The translations under genes were made by a program, and so were the position numbers. 64,000 nt of DNA from Mobula hypostoma (lineage: Eukaryota): the NCBI RefSeq assembly GCF_963921235.1, contig NC_086108.1, positions 50,904,001-50,968,000 on the forward strand. The letters run 5' to 3'. Positions 13,870-26,769 of this stretch are shown piece by piece (the stretch's first letter is position 1; each line of letters starts with the position of its first letter). The notes beneath the pieces were generated by a model. It had not been told where the DNA came from. It was given only the letters and a program-made list of their open reading frames with translations, and searched no databases.

Positions 13870-14485
13870 ACTCATTGTTTCAGGCAGCATCTGTGGGGAG
13901 GAAAAGGCCTGTTCACATTTCAGAACAAAGATGTTCTGATGGATCTTCCACCTGCAAGGTTACTGTTTCTCTTTCCAGCTTTGCTGCCTGACTTGCTAAG
14001 TGTTTTCAGCATTTTTGATTTTTACTCATCTCTCTAGTTTAAAAAAAAATCATTCACTCAATATTTTCCATTTTTTGTTGATCACAGGGAATACGGCAAA
14101 GGTCCTGTTTATACAAATAAGTGGCTTGCTGCCATGTCAGGGAATATGAATAATGAACTGCACACTGTGGGACCGTGTAGACTTCCCTATTTTGAATTAT
14201 TCCAGTGCATTAAAGTATATAAAATGATTAATGGTTGTGGCAATCAATTACCGGGGGCCTGTAGAGCATAAACTCACCCAGAAAATAATGCTATACGTTC
14301 TGTCCAAGTGTTAAAGCATGCAAGTAATGATAGTTCCTTTTTTTAAGCAACACATGCAAAATTCATCAATCCTGAAGTGTTTCAGCCTGAAGCACTGACT
14401 ATTTATTCCCCTCTGTAGATGCTGCCTGACTTGTTGAGTTACTCCAGCATTTTATGTTTTGCTCCAGATTTCCAGCATCTGTTCA
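13870..14485. mobile_element. Two old degenerate PLE terminal-repeat remnants (about 13870-14015 and 14375-14485)
   Basis: gatgctgcctgacttg.tgagt...ccagcat motif, similar to the PLE tail at 36090-36165. Confidence 0.5.
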
Positions 14486-14774
14486 GGCCCCCTTTTGGCA
14501 TGTGAGGAGGTCCAGAGAGCATGTTTATTTTTGCTTCCTATTTTCTGAGTATGAAATCAGTCTATATATTTGCTGAGAGAATGCAGGAGTCATCTGCTGA
14601 AGATAAAGGAGCCTGGAACAAAGTTGTTCTGATGGCAGTGGCTGCATTAGTGATGGACCAACATTGATGAACATGGATGGAATGGGTTTGTTTACAATAA
14701 GTTCGTGTTCCATAAATATTTTTGATTATTGACACCACAGATAAAGGAACCCCAACCTACAGTACCAAGTTAGG

Positions 14775-15270
14775 TCCCTCAACTATAGAGAAAGTGCAAA
14801 GGAGATTTACAAGGATGTTGCCTGGATTGGAAAGCATGTCTTAAGAGAGTAGGTTCAGTGAATTTGGCCTTTTCTCCTTGGGATGACAGAGGATGAGAGG
14901 TGATCTGATAGAGGTGTATATTATGATGAGAGGCATTGACTGTGTGGATAGCCAGAAGCTTTTCCCAGGGCTGAAATGGCTATCACAAGGGGCATAGTTT
15001 TAAGGTGCTTGGAAGGAGGTACAAGGAAGATGTCAGAGATAAGTTTTTCCACACAGAGAGTGGTGGGTGGGTGGAATGCACTGCCAGTGAAGGTGGTAGA
15101 GGTGGGTACAATAGGGTCTTTTAAGAGACACATAGATTGGTACATTAGAAAAATAGAGGGCTGTGCAGTAGGGAAATTCTAGACAGCTTCTAGAGCAGAT
15201 TACATGGTCAGCACAACATTGTGGGCCGAAGGGCCTGCAATGTTCTGTAGATTTCTAAGTTTCTATGTAA
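14775..15270 (+). mobile_element. CR1 3' fragment
   Basis: SFSTQRVVGGWNALP motif; gggccgaagggcctg...ttctatgt 3' end. Confidence 0.85.
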
Positions 15271-15766
15271 CAGGTAGAGTAAATTAGTCTAAAACTATGG
15301 TGGAGTATGTGGCAGGGAAGGGTTGGATTGATCTTGGAGTAGGTTAAAAGGTCAGCACAAAGAGCCTGTACTGTACTGTAATGTTCTAGTTTCCACCCTT
15401 TCATGAACCTCAGTGGTAGCCCATGAAGGCACCTTGATTTTTAATTTTTCTCAACCATCCGACTGACACTGCTCCCTCTCCAACAAGGCCAAAAATAGAA
15501 AATGTTCGGGAAGAATGCAAACCAGTCTGTTCTGAAAATCATGACCTGTAATTTCAACACCAACTATTAGAAGGTCTTGTCTTTCTCTGGAACATTTTCT
15601 TACAAAATCTTATTTTTAAAGTTACAAAGTCTTATATTACAGCTCTTTGTAAAGAAACATTACATCATGATTTGTATTATATAACAGTATTACCAATAGA
15701 CATAATTGACCTTGTAATGAAATTGACCATTTTTCAGATACCTTTCCATTGCTCACCTGTCCTAGA

Positions 15767-15839
15767 ATGAACCGCGGACAAAGCTGGGATGAAGATGTGG
15801 AATCCGAAGGAAATCTTGAATTATCAGCTTCTAATACAG
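15767..15839 (+). CDS. PDC: Phosducin, first coding exon (MNRGQSWDEDVESEGNLELSASNT-G)
   Basis: Acceptor ttttcag ends at 15737, ATG at 15767, donor CAG|GTAAT at 15839/15840. Phase 1 joins the next exon to give [11 protein letters not shown], the conserved phosducin N-terminal motif. Confidence 0.88.
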
Positions 15840-16664
15840 GTAATCTAATAAATTTGACGTGTTCTATTGGGTTGTTCCATCACATTGAGATTAGAGTCAT
15901 CATGCTGTGGTACGTCGAGTTTTTAAAACATTTTAAACTGCATCACTGAGGCCAAGTAGGTGGGAAAAACTAACCAACAGTTGAACCTCTGAGCTTTCCT
16001 TTTATTTTTAGTTTCAGAATAACCAACAGGAGATTGAAAATAAGGGGTTACATATCATTATTTTTTAAAGATATTTTTGACTTCCATTGACCAGCCTATT
16101 CCTGTAGGTGTACTTTGGTTTCTGGTAGAGGTGGTGTTCAATTCACTTGCCTCAGGAGTACTAGGGCAATGAACAATGAACCTGTTAGTGAATTTCAGTG
16201 CTCTCACATGATCTCCTTTATTATAAATAGAGCCGTGAATTCCATGTGGATATTACCCAAAGAATATAGAATTAAATCAAATACTCTGAACTCAAATTTA
16301 TAACTGTAACTGATAACCATTTGTTTATCCTAATATAGAGTAGCTTTTCCTGGATTTCATAGCAATGGTACACCAGTATACTTTCTCAACCTTTCAATAA
16401 TTTATTCTTTACTTGATCTCTCTGTATATACATCCCCTTTAGAAATTAGCTTTCTAAATTACATTGCCCTTTCTCATCCTTCCTATCAAAACTTAACAGT
16501 TCAGAATTTTTCATCCACATATTCCACCAGCCTGTCTGTTTCTACTAGGTCTATTGCTATCCTCTAATTATTATAATTGGAGAATTTGAATTCCCAAAGT
16601 TATTAAGTTCAGCCATGTATATCTGATGTGTTCGATGTTGTTGCGATAACAGGAGCTACAGGGA

Positions 16665-16935
16665 GGTCCTGATGATGAAGGTCATGTCCTTTTCTCATTA
16701 GTACTATCAGGGAGGAAGTACAAGAGCCTGAAAACACACACACTCAACACTCTAGGAGAACTATTTCCCCTCCACCATCAGATTTCTGAATGGTCCATGA
16801 CACTACCTCACCATTTTGATCACTTTTTGCATTACCTATTTTTAAATAATATTCCTTATTGTAACTTTTTTTTAATGTATTGCACTGTACCACAAAACAA
16901 ATTTCATGACATATGCCGGTCATAATAAACTTAGA
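16665..16935 (+). mobile_element. Rex1-type LINE 3' end fragment
   Basis: Reverse-complement homology to about 4740-5030. Confidence 0.65.
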
Positions 16936-17276
16936 ATTTAAGGTAAAGCAAATGAAAAGCTTGCGTGAACATTACCATTAGTGCTATTCCTCGGCATTTT
17001 TCTTTCACATGGCCATTGATTTCCTCCCTAATTCCCGTGCCACAAGCATACTTGAGGGGTAATTTACAACAGTCAGCTAAGCACAGGTAGCACATGAGGT
17101 CGCATTCAAACTAGTGAGTTGAGCAGCAGCATCACTATCTGCTACATCATTTTGCCACTCTTGGTGCTGGATTTTGTTACTGTGTCATACAATTTTGTAT
17201 AACTACACTGGGGCAATGTTATTAGTAATGTGCACATGTCTAGCAGAAAACAAAATTAAAACAGTTTCATTTCTAG

Positions 17277-17434
17277 GTCCAAAAGGAGTGATCAATGACT
17301 GGAGGAAATTTAAACTAGAAAGCGAGGACCATGAAATTTCTTCAGATAAAAAGCAACTCCTTAGACAACTGTCATCACCATACCACTCTTTTAGTAAGGA
17401 GGACAAGGATACTCGAAAGAAATTCACTCGAAAG
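17277..17434 (+). CDS. PDC: Phosducin, second coding exon ([35 protein letters not shown]...KKFTRK)
   Basis: Acceptor tttctag|, donor AAG|GTGAG. Contains the diagnostic [16 protein letters not shown] motif. 73+158 nt = 77 codons, in frame. Confidence 0.96.
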
Positions 17435-18679
17435 GTGAGCAAAAACAGGAAAGATAATCAATTACAAAGCAAAGAAGATTTAAAATTAATTTGATAAACT
17501 GAACATGTTGATTTGTAGAAGTGGAGAACAAATTTGGTTAAAAAATGCAGAATGCAACACATTCCAAAGAGAAAGAGGAGGATGAGAGAGTGTACCTACA
17601 CCAATTACAACATATAGGCAATCAGAATGAAAGGAATTATATTAATTATATATTAAGGATCTACCACCTTAATAAAGGAATCATGCAGCCAACTAGAAGG
17701 CAGTTAGAGGAAGAAATAAGGGAAGTAAACCAGTAGTAACCTCAAGTGCTTTGTGGAGTTTAAGTGTTCTTCCTGTGACTGGTTTTCTTTCCTAGGGCTT
17801 CAGTTTTCTCTCAGATCCCAAAATCATGCCAGTTAGTAGATTAATATACCAGTGCAAATTATCCCAAGTGAGTAGGTGAGTTGTAGGGTAAGGAGGAGTT
17901 GGTGGGAATATGAGGAGTGCATAGGGATTGAGAAAATGGGAATGGAATTGCTCTACGAGCCACTGATGGACTTGATGACTTGAAATTGTCTCTTTATTAA
18001 TTCTTAGGAAAATACGGAAATACAGAGCAGCAGTTATAGAATAAAAGGACAAAAGGAAGAAACAGAACAAGGAATAATGAGAATTCTATTATTTTGGGGG
18101 TCTATTTTCTTAGTACATAAATCCTAGCAAAATAATCATTCTTAAATACAATAATGGGTAGTAAATTAAAATATACTGGAAAATTAAAATCAGCAGAACG
18201 TTTTGTTGATTATGGCATTGTAAGGTTCAAGATTACAATGAGTAAGATTATTAAAACACCAAGAGATGTAAAACACTTGTGTAACTGACATATAATGAAG
18301 ACATTACAATAAGAACAAGGAGTACAACTGGGATAGTCCATTTAACTTTTCAAGACTACTGTCATTTTAATAGGATCATAGCAGATTTTTAAAATCAACA
18401 TCTCTTTTTTTGTGTTAACCTTGGGTCCTCCAATTCTCTTAATATCTAAAACTCTATAAATCTCTCTCAAAAGTATGTTCAGTAATGGATCCCCAATAGC
18501 CTTCTGGAGGAGTGAATTCCAAAGACCCACTCTTGTCTGGTTGAAGAATTTTCTTTCCAACCCTGCCCTAAATGGGTCCCTTTGTTCAATATAACCTAGC
18601 TAGAGGAAACTGTGTATGTGAGGGTAGATGTGGAGTAGTAAGAACTTCGTACTTTGCAATGAGATCACCTCTATTTCTT

Positions 18680-19365
18680 TTAAACTCAAAGTAAGCATAC
18701 AGGTACAGCAGGCAGTTAAGAAAGCTAATAGCATGTTGGCCTTCATAACAAGCGGAGTTGAGTATAGGAGCAAAGAGGTCCTTCTGCAGTTGTACAAGGC
18801 CCTGGTGAGACCCCACCTGGAGTATTGTGTGCAGTTTTCGTCTCCAAATTAGAGGAAGGACAGTCTTGCTATGGATGGAGTGCAGCATAGGTTCACTGGG
18901 TTAATTCCAGGGATGGCGGGAATGTCATATGTTGAAAGATTGGAGCGACTGGGCTTGTATATACTGGAATTTAGAAGGATGAGAGGGGATCTGATTGAAA
19001 CATATAAGATTATTAAGGGATTGGACACACTAGAGGCAGGAAACATGTTCCCGATGTTGGGGGAGTCCAGAACCAGAGGCCACAGTTTAAGAATAAGGGG
19101 TAGACCATTTAGAACGGAGTTGCAGAAAAACTTTTTCACACAGAGGGTTGTGGATCTATGGAATGCTCTGCCTAAGAAGGCAGTGGAGGCCAACTCTCTG
19201 GATTCTTTCAAGAAAGAGTTAGATAGAGATCTTAAAGATAGCAGAGTCAGGGGATATGGGGAGGAGGCAGGAACAGGGTACTGAGTGTGGATGATCAGCC
19301 ATGATCACAGTGAATGGTGGTGCTGGCTCAAAGGGCTGAATGGCCTACTCCTGCACCTATTGTAT
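18680..19365 (+). mobile_element. Well-preserved CR1 3' fragment in the last PDC intron
   Basis: ORFs 18628-18852 and 18871-19284 carry YKALVRPHLEYCVQF and FFTQRVVDLWNALP; CR1 3' UTR present. Confidence 0.9.
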
Positions 19366-20103
19366 AAACCCATGTAATCTCTTGTGCTTACTTTAACCTG
19401 GTATAACAAACCTTCCATTCAAGGATTCAACCAAAGCAACAAAGCACTCTTCCTTTAGAAGTATATCCTTCAATGAATAAGATCAAGCCTGTATACAATA
19501 TTCCAATGTTGTTTCATCAAGCAGGAACACATTTAGTCTTTACTCTTGCAGTGTAATCCTTTCACCATAGAGGCCTATATGCAGTTTGCTTCCTAATTGC
19601 TCACTTCATCTCAGTTAATTTTAAGTAATTCATAGAAAGGGCTCCTGGGAACACAAAACATCTTACACCTCTCACCATTTTAAAAACTACAATCAGGAAA
19701 GAAGTTAAGAAAATAAAGCACAATAATATTTTTTAAAGAATAAATAAATATATTATACAAATAAAGGTAAATCTTTAAAAGAGTAAACAACAATGTACCA
19801 AGAAAATGCCACAAACAAGAAATCAGATTATTTGTCACTGTGGATGCTTCAGTGAATTAAATAGTCTTGAATCAAAAAAGGAAAATAAGCATTTTTGTAT
19901 TAAAGACAAGGCAGATACTGTACAAACAAAAATCCAGGAAATAATTTGAAATTCAAGAATGAGCAAGTCAGCACTAAAGCAATTAGACTTTTATTCCTGA
20001 ATGATACTGATGCCTTAGGCAATTCACAATGAGTTACATCTTCCCATGATAAATTAACATTCTTTTGCAAAGCTTTTGTTTTCTTTTTATCCTTCTGAAA
20101 CAG

Positions 20104-20631
20104 ATGAGTGTACAAGAATATGAAATGATTCAAGATGAGGAAGATGAAGCTTGCCTTCGTAGGTACCGCAAGCAATGCATGCAAGAGATGCACCAGCAGC
20201 TAAGCTTTGGCCCCCAGTTTGGAATGCTTTATGAGCTTGAAAGTGGGGAGCAATTCTTGGAAGTGATTGAAAAGGAATTGAAAAAAACTACAGTGATGGT
20301 GAATGTTTACGAGGACAGAGTGAAGGGATGCGAGTCTTTGATTAACTGTTTAACATGCCTTGCTTTGGAATATCCTTTGGTTAAGTTCTGTAAAATAAAG
20401 GCCTCTAACACTGGAACTAGTAACCGCTTCTCTGATAATATTCTACCAGCACTATTGGTGTACAAGGCAGGAGAACTAATTGGCAACTTCCTTCACATTA
20501 CCGAGCAGCTGGGTGAAGAATTTTTTGCGGTGGATGTTGAAACTTTCCTCAATGAATATGGCCTTTTGCCAGAAAGAGAATTCACTGCTTGTGAAAATGC
20601 TAGTGATGGCAGTGATGTAGATATTGAATGA
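20104..20631 (+). CDS. PDC: Phosducin, last coding exon, thioredoxin-like domain ([26 protein letters not shown]...[16 protein letters not shown]...SDVDIE*)
   Basis: Pyrimidine-rich acceptor ending aacag at 20103. The ORF is clearly phosducin family. Spliced product is 77+175 = 252 aa. Confidence 0.96.
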   Translation: MSVQEYEMIQDEEDEACLRRYRKQCMQEMHQQLSFGPQFGMLYELESGEQFLEVIEKELKKTTVMVNVYEDRVKGCESLINCLTCLALEYPLVKFCKIKASNTGTSNRFSDNILPALLVYKAGELIGNFLHITEQLGEEFFAVDVETFLNEYGLLPEREFTACENASDGSDVDIE

Positions 20632-20889
20632 ATGTTAATACAGTGGAGCCCATCTCACATCAGTCCCAGGTACATAAAAGCTTAAAAACTATGCACATTT
20701 TGATGCATACTTGCAATAATATTCCAATGCCTCTGTAATTCACTGATTTCTATATGTGGATTTACTAGTATATATACAAACACATTAGAAGGAACAGATC
20801 ATAGTTACTTGATTTACTGTTGTGCAGTATTATCTGAGCTTCTGCATACACATTCCCCCAGGAGCTTGATTTTCCTGTACTACACAGAT

Positions 20890-21172
20890 AGGGCAGCATG
20901 GTAATGTAATGGTTGGCACAACACTTTACATTATCAGTGACCTTGGTTCAATTCCTGCCGCTTTCTGTGAGGAGTTTGTACATTCTCCCCATGACTATGT
21001 TGGTTTCCTCTGGGTGCTCGAGCTTTCTCCCACAGTCTAAAGATGCACTGTTCACAGGTTAATCGATTTATTGTAAATTGTCCCATTATTAGGCTAGGAT
21101 TAAATTGAGGATTGCTGAGTAGCTCGAAGGCCTGGAAAGGCCTATTCTAGCTTGATAATTAAATAAATAAAT
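20890..21172 (+). mobile_element. tRNA-derived SINE (V-SINE/HE1-like)
   Basis: A-box-like tggtaatgtaatgg, B box GGTTCAATTCC, central gagtttgtacattctcccc...tttcctctgggtgctc domain, (taaa)n tail. Second copy at 53830-54110. Confidence 0.8.
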
Positions 21173-22747
21173 CCCTAGCTTTTTATAGTTAATGACAACA
21201 TCCTACATCTACCTTGGGTAGAAAAGTCTGAAGATTCACAACTCTGGAAGAAGATAATTATCTCAATTTCATCAGTCTTTTATTTTTAGATTATGTCTAC
21301 ATGCACTCTTGGCTTTTCCTTTACCTTTCTTCGCTCTCTTAAATAAAAAGAAAATTAATTATTATGCATTGCACATTAACTGCTACAATACTGTTATTCC
21401 ATGATCTAGAGTAAACTCCATTAAGTCTGCTCTGCCACTAAGTATGATCAGACAAATACCTCTTTCAACACTCTCTCTCTGTGTACCCTTTCTTGTGAAA
21501 GCCTAAATTATAAAACTTTGGTTATCAAAACAAAATCTTCAAAATTGAGTGCAGAGCTCGATCTATGATTTGACCATTAAGTTGTTACAATAGCTTGTTC
21601 ATTACTTCCTTGTTTCCATTTCAGATACACTGTGGAGTTCTGATGGGAAAAAACTCTAGTGAACCACAATGGAAAATTTTCATGGCACTTTGTTATTTCA
21701 GACTACAACACTGTCATGAAAGCTTCAGGAAACCATGAATGAGTGAGGGTAGAAATTTGTCTTTGACAATTGCATAACATTATTATTCTCAGCTACAGAA
21801 CCTGACATTTAATTCCACCGACTCCAATAGAATTAAATAATTAGAGGTTGCTATATTGAGTCGTAAATCCCTTATCCACCAACTTACACCACTGCCTAAA
21901 GTACATTTCTAGCCCTTGGTCTCATCAATGAAAATTTGAATTTGATAATAGGAACATCTTGTAATTTGGAAAAAAAGGTGAAAAGGTAGAAATGGACTTC
22001 ACTGTATTGGTCAGTATTAACTGAGTGTAGCCTTTGTTCTACTTCCCCCCCCCCCCACCCCGTAAAAACTATTGCTTGCCTCTGTAAACAATTCACAAAT
22101 GTCATCTAAGAAATAGACTAGTTTTATTACAGTGCCCTTGTTTAAATGATATAGAAACTTGAATGAATAGACCTAAAATAATTAAATGCTACTATATATT
22201 TTAATACATGTGGAATTGCTTTACAGAGAAATTTAGTTTAACATTGATGTATTAGGAAGTTGAAATAAATTGAAATAGTAAATAAATGGGAAACATTTCA
22301 TATATAATCTGAGGATAGTGAGAGTAGATATCTTTGATCTAGTGCTAAGATCCACTCTATAGATATCTACCATAAAGCAGCCATATTTTTTGTTGCAAAT
22401 TGTCTCCCACTCTGTACATTTCCAAACATTTCTCATTTTTACATTGTATAATATAATTTTATTATAGAAAATATTGTGTCTTTTGTTCATTAAAGGCTTC
22501 AAATTACAATAGCAATATAATAAAGATGAAGTCTTTAGCAGTACATGCCTGAAACGTCTGTTCCAAAAAATTCTTAATAGTGATAAAAGAAACATAACAT
22601 GGCTTCATACTATACAGGAAACTATGAGAAAAGTAGTTACCTGAATTCATACCTGTAATCAAGTTCTGGGGGCACAGATTACTTGTATGCAAGACTGTAA
22701 TTCTTCCACATTATATCTTTGATATTTGAAAGAACATCAAGTAATAA

Positions 22748-23516
22748 AAGTGGATTCTGGTTAACTGGGTAATCAGTTAATTGGAACAGCCGCTTATTTG
22801 GGACAGCTCTTAAGAACAAAAACTGAGAAAATAGCCAGGACACTATGCAGCTTAATTGAGACAGGAGACTGTTGATGAATAATTTCTAACTAGTGTCAAT
22901 CCTGTGAACTTGTGCAGCCATTAGATACTACACTGTACTTAGAGTGAATTTTTAAAATAACATCAATTGCATGTGTTGTGTTCAAAAAGCTGTGATTTCC
23001 ATCACTGATAGTTGGCAAGAAATAAGCAGCAAGACAATTCAGACTGTTTTGCTCACTGTAGTTTTAAGCATCAGGCTTAGAGATGCCAGAAATGGCCAGG
23101 AGTGAAAATGAAACAATTTTACAACTTCAACAAGTTAGGAACTAAGAAGAATTTGAAGGTATCAACAATCATCAAAAGCATTGTATGAAGGAGATAGTCT
23201 ACTATCTGCACTAGGTGTCTGTGCTGACTTTGTTTATTTGCAGTCTATCAAAAGATCATGGCAGCATACACTGGATCAATTCTTCCACCAATGACTATTA
23301 GAAACTAATAGTTTTATAGTACTGTAGTGGTATTGGTAGTGTTCTAATTTGTCCTGCATCTTATTTAAATATATTAATTATTGCTCAGTTATAGTTTTTT
23401 TATACAAACATTGTACATTTTAAACTATTTCCAAAAAAACTTCAGCTAATTAGTGCAACCGCATATTGACCAAAATGTACTGGTCCTGATGTGTCCTAAT
23501 TAACCAGAATCCACTG
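22748..23516. mobile_element. Tc1/mariner superfamily (Tigger/pogo-like) non-autonomous DNA transposon
   Basis: TIRs agtggattctggttaa / ttaaccagaatccactg followed by TA. Second copy in opposite orientation at 55575-56377. Confidence 0.8.
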
Positions 23517-23534
23517 TATTTAGTCTACAGCAGA

Positions 23535-24448
23535 GGAGACTACGCTCTGTCAATGATTTAGATAGTGGAATTGATGCCTTTGTAGCAAAGTTTGTGGATG
23601 ATATGAAGATAAGTGGAGGGGTTGGTAGTGCTAAGCAAGCAATATGATTGCAGTAGAACTTAGGCAAATTGGAATAATGGGCAAAATAGTGGCGGAAGGG
23701 GTAGTGTTGGGAAATGTATGATAATGCATTTTGGTAAATGAACAATAGTGCAGACTATTACCTAAATAGGGAGGTGCAAATGGACTTGGGAATCCTCATG
23801 CAGGACTCCGAGAAGGTTAATTCACCGATTGAGTTTGTGGTAAAGGCGGCAAATGCAATGTTGGCATTTATTTCAAGGGGAATAGAGTATAAAAACAAGG
23901 AGATAATGCCGAAGCTTTGTAAAACACTAGTCAGGCCGCACTTGGAGTATTGCCAACAGTTTTGGGCCCCTTATCTCAGAAAGGATGTATTGTCATTGGA
24001 GAGAGTCCAGAGGAGGTGCATGAGGATGATTCCAGGAATGAAGGGGTTAACATATGAGGAGCTTTTGGCAGCTTTGGGCCTGTACTCACTGAAATTTAAA
24101 AGAATTTCATTGAAACCTACCAAATGTTGAAAGGACTAGATAAGGTGGATGTGGAGAGAATGGTTCCTCAAAATTGAGGGGCGTTTTAGAACAGAAGTAA
24201 GAGGAGGAATTTTTTTTTAGCCAGAGAATAGTGAATCTGTGGAATGCCTCGCCACAGATTGTGGTTGAGGCCAAGTTCATGGGTATATTTAAAGCAGAAG
24301 TTGATAGATTCCTGATTGGTTAGGGTATCAAGGGATATGGTGAGAGGGCAGGTGTATGGGGTTGAATGGGATTTGGGTTCAGCCATAACAAAATGGCAGA
24401 ATGGACTCAATGGGCTGATTGGCCTAAATCTGCTCCTATATCTTATGA
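23535..24448 (+). mobile_element. CR1 3' fragment
   Basis: ORF 23738-24130 has LVRPHLEYCQQFWAPYLRKD; CR1 3' UTR ends cctatatcttatg. Confidence 0.88.
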
Positions 24449-25054
24449 AGAGAAAATCCAGCCCTATTGCCCAATTCAAATCAGTAATGTAGAAAATGAT
24501 TGTAATCTAGAAATATTTCTTCTGATCTTAAAACATACATATAGAATGCTGATCAGAGGTGAAACACTTCTTTTAAATCATCAGAAATAAACAAGTATGG
24601 AACAGAAAAGTTAAAAGAGACACTCAATATTACAAAAGATTCTCCTAATAGAACCAGGGAAAGATATTTTTACTCTTCTGTAAACCCGTAACAAAAGGTC
24701 ATTAATACATTTCATATTACATAAGATTGCAGGTGGATTGAATGTCCCACAGGAATAATAGCATAATTAATCCATAAATTTGTAAAATAAAAAGTCACAA
24801 AATGTAAAAAGCCAATTTAGATGGATACAGAGAAAAGTGGAAAATGAGGTTAAATGAAAAAGTCCTTTCAGAGAACCTGTTGAAAAACATCTTCAGTGAA
24901 GATGTAAGCTTCTACTTTGTTTGTAAACAGATTAAGTGCATGGACATGAATGGTTGCGCGTGGATGTGCTTTAACAGGATTCTGTGTATTTCTATGGAAT
25001 TTGGAAATGGATAATCAAAGGAAACCATCTGAAAATGAGATTCTTTACACCAAG

Positions 25055-25733
25055 TTCACGGTGGAGGAGGAGGAGACGATGGCAGCGTGACTGCAGTGCG
25101 TGCGGCCATTTCGGTGGTGATGTCTGTTATCTGTCGGGGACCGTGCACAATTCTGATTTGATGGAGACGGACGTGAGAGTGTGGAGGAACATCTGGAAAA
25201 CTTCTGAAATGTCCGCTTCACTGCCGCTGCTACTGTGTGGTAACCGGAATCTCCGGAGCAGAAGGCCCCGAAATCCTCAGCTTTGCATGTTTCGGCGGCT
25301 GGGGCAAGGTCGAAGGTGCTCAGTAGAGGATGGCACTCAGGAGGCTGTATCGGAGAGGCTGGTCGGAAGCTCGAATTTTTTGGACGGATGGACTCAGTGT
25401 CGGCTGTGGTCAGCTGTTTCCAAGTTGACGGTGCCTAGAGGTTTATGGCAGGGAGTTTCTCCTTTTTGCCGCCTGCTATCGTGGACTCAGGAGTCTATTG
25501 ACTCGGGGACTTTGAGACTTTATTTACCATGCCCATGGTTTGTTCTTCATCAAATTATGGTATTGCTTTGCACTGCTGTAACTATATGTTATAATTATGT
25601 GGTTCTGTCAGTGTTAGTCTTTGGTTTGTCCTGTTTTCTGTGATATCACTCCGGAGAAACATTGTATCATTTCTTAATGCATGTATGCATTTCTAACTGA
25701 CAATAAAGAGGACTGAGTGTTCTCATAATCTAA
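25055..25733 (+). mobile_element. GC-rich non-coding non-autonomous retroelement with taatc tail
   Basis: A homologous 5'-truncated inverted copy at about 59563-60016 ends in (taatc)n. CpG-rich relative to flanks. Confidence 0.8.
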
Positions 25734-26769
25734 AAAAAAGTAATGGTGCACCTTAATAATTCCTACTTTTCAAGGTTAATGGAATTGCATTAGTGTCAAG
25801 CCTGTGATGATACAAATATGAGGCCAAAATTCCAAGAAGAAGTCAGAATAAAACACATCTTTAGGATTAGGCACTAAACTTGTTCTCATATCCTGTTCCA
25901 ACATTTTGAATAACTTTAATTATTCCACCTATCCTGACCAACTTTATCCTTTAGTCGACATTGCTGAAACTTTTGGTTATTTGGTCAATGGTTGTTCACA
26001 TGGGCATGGTATATGCAAACTAGATGCCATATAATCCACTACTGCTTTTAGCTAGCTAGAAAATAATTCAGCTACCGTTAAATTCGGTAGCAAACTCAGT
26101 CTAATGATCAATATTAACCTTTGTTCTCCTGAATTCATCAGAGATATTAACAACCTGTACTAGACATCCTCTCCACATCCACTTATCAAGGCCTTTCAAC
26201 AATATTAGGGAGATCTCTTAGGCTACATGAGCAACAGCAATCTTGCTCCTCCTGAATTCATCAGTGATATTAACAACCTGCATTCGGCACTGTGAGCATA
26301 ACACAAACTTTCCTTTCACATGATCTTTCAAATTAATTGACAAGATTAATGACATCATCATCTTTCAGGCCAACATTTCCAGCATTGAAAATTTACTGAT
26401 GCTTAACTTGCCCAAATGGAACTGACATTCTGGAGATAAAATTAATAAGGAGCCAATTTTCACCCAATTTGGTTAAGAGTGAGCTCACTGCTGACTTCAG
26501 ATGTGAAAAAATAACATTGCTTTAGATTGATTTGCAACTCCTAGATGAAGGTCCTCTCAAGTGATCTTGGCCTCAGCAAAATTATAAACAATCTTCTGGA
26601 AGAAAGAAATCTTATCTTGTATATACACAATTATTCATGTGAAACATTGTTTCCACAGCTTTCCAATGATTCACTAAATAAATCCTCCCTCTTTTCCTTG
26701 GGAGCATACAGAAATCCAATGAGAATGGTGCCCTTCTTGTACTAACTGTCCTTACTTGACTTAAAGTAC

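Noticed and set aside
20065..20103. N-terminal extension [13 protein letters not shown] of the 188-aa ORF
   Set aside because: It is the intronic polypyrimidine tract and acceptor; the exon begins at 20104.
20890..20965. tRNA gene
   Set aside because: A/B boxes belong to a degenerate SINE head followed by SINE body and tail; no intact cloverleaf.
24984..25643. 219-aa ORF as a novel gene
   Set aside because: It lies in a repeated non-coding element. The second copy does not keep the same long frame, and there is no recognisable domain.
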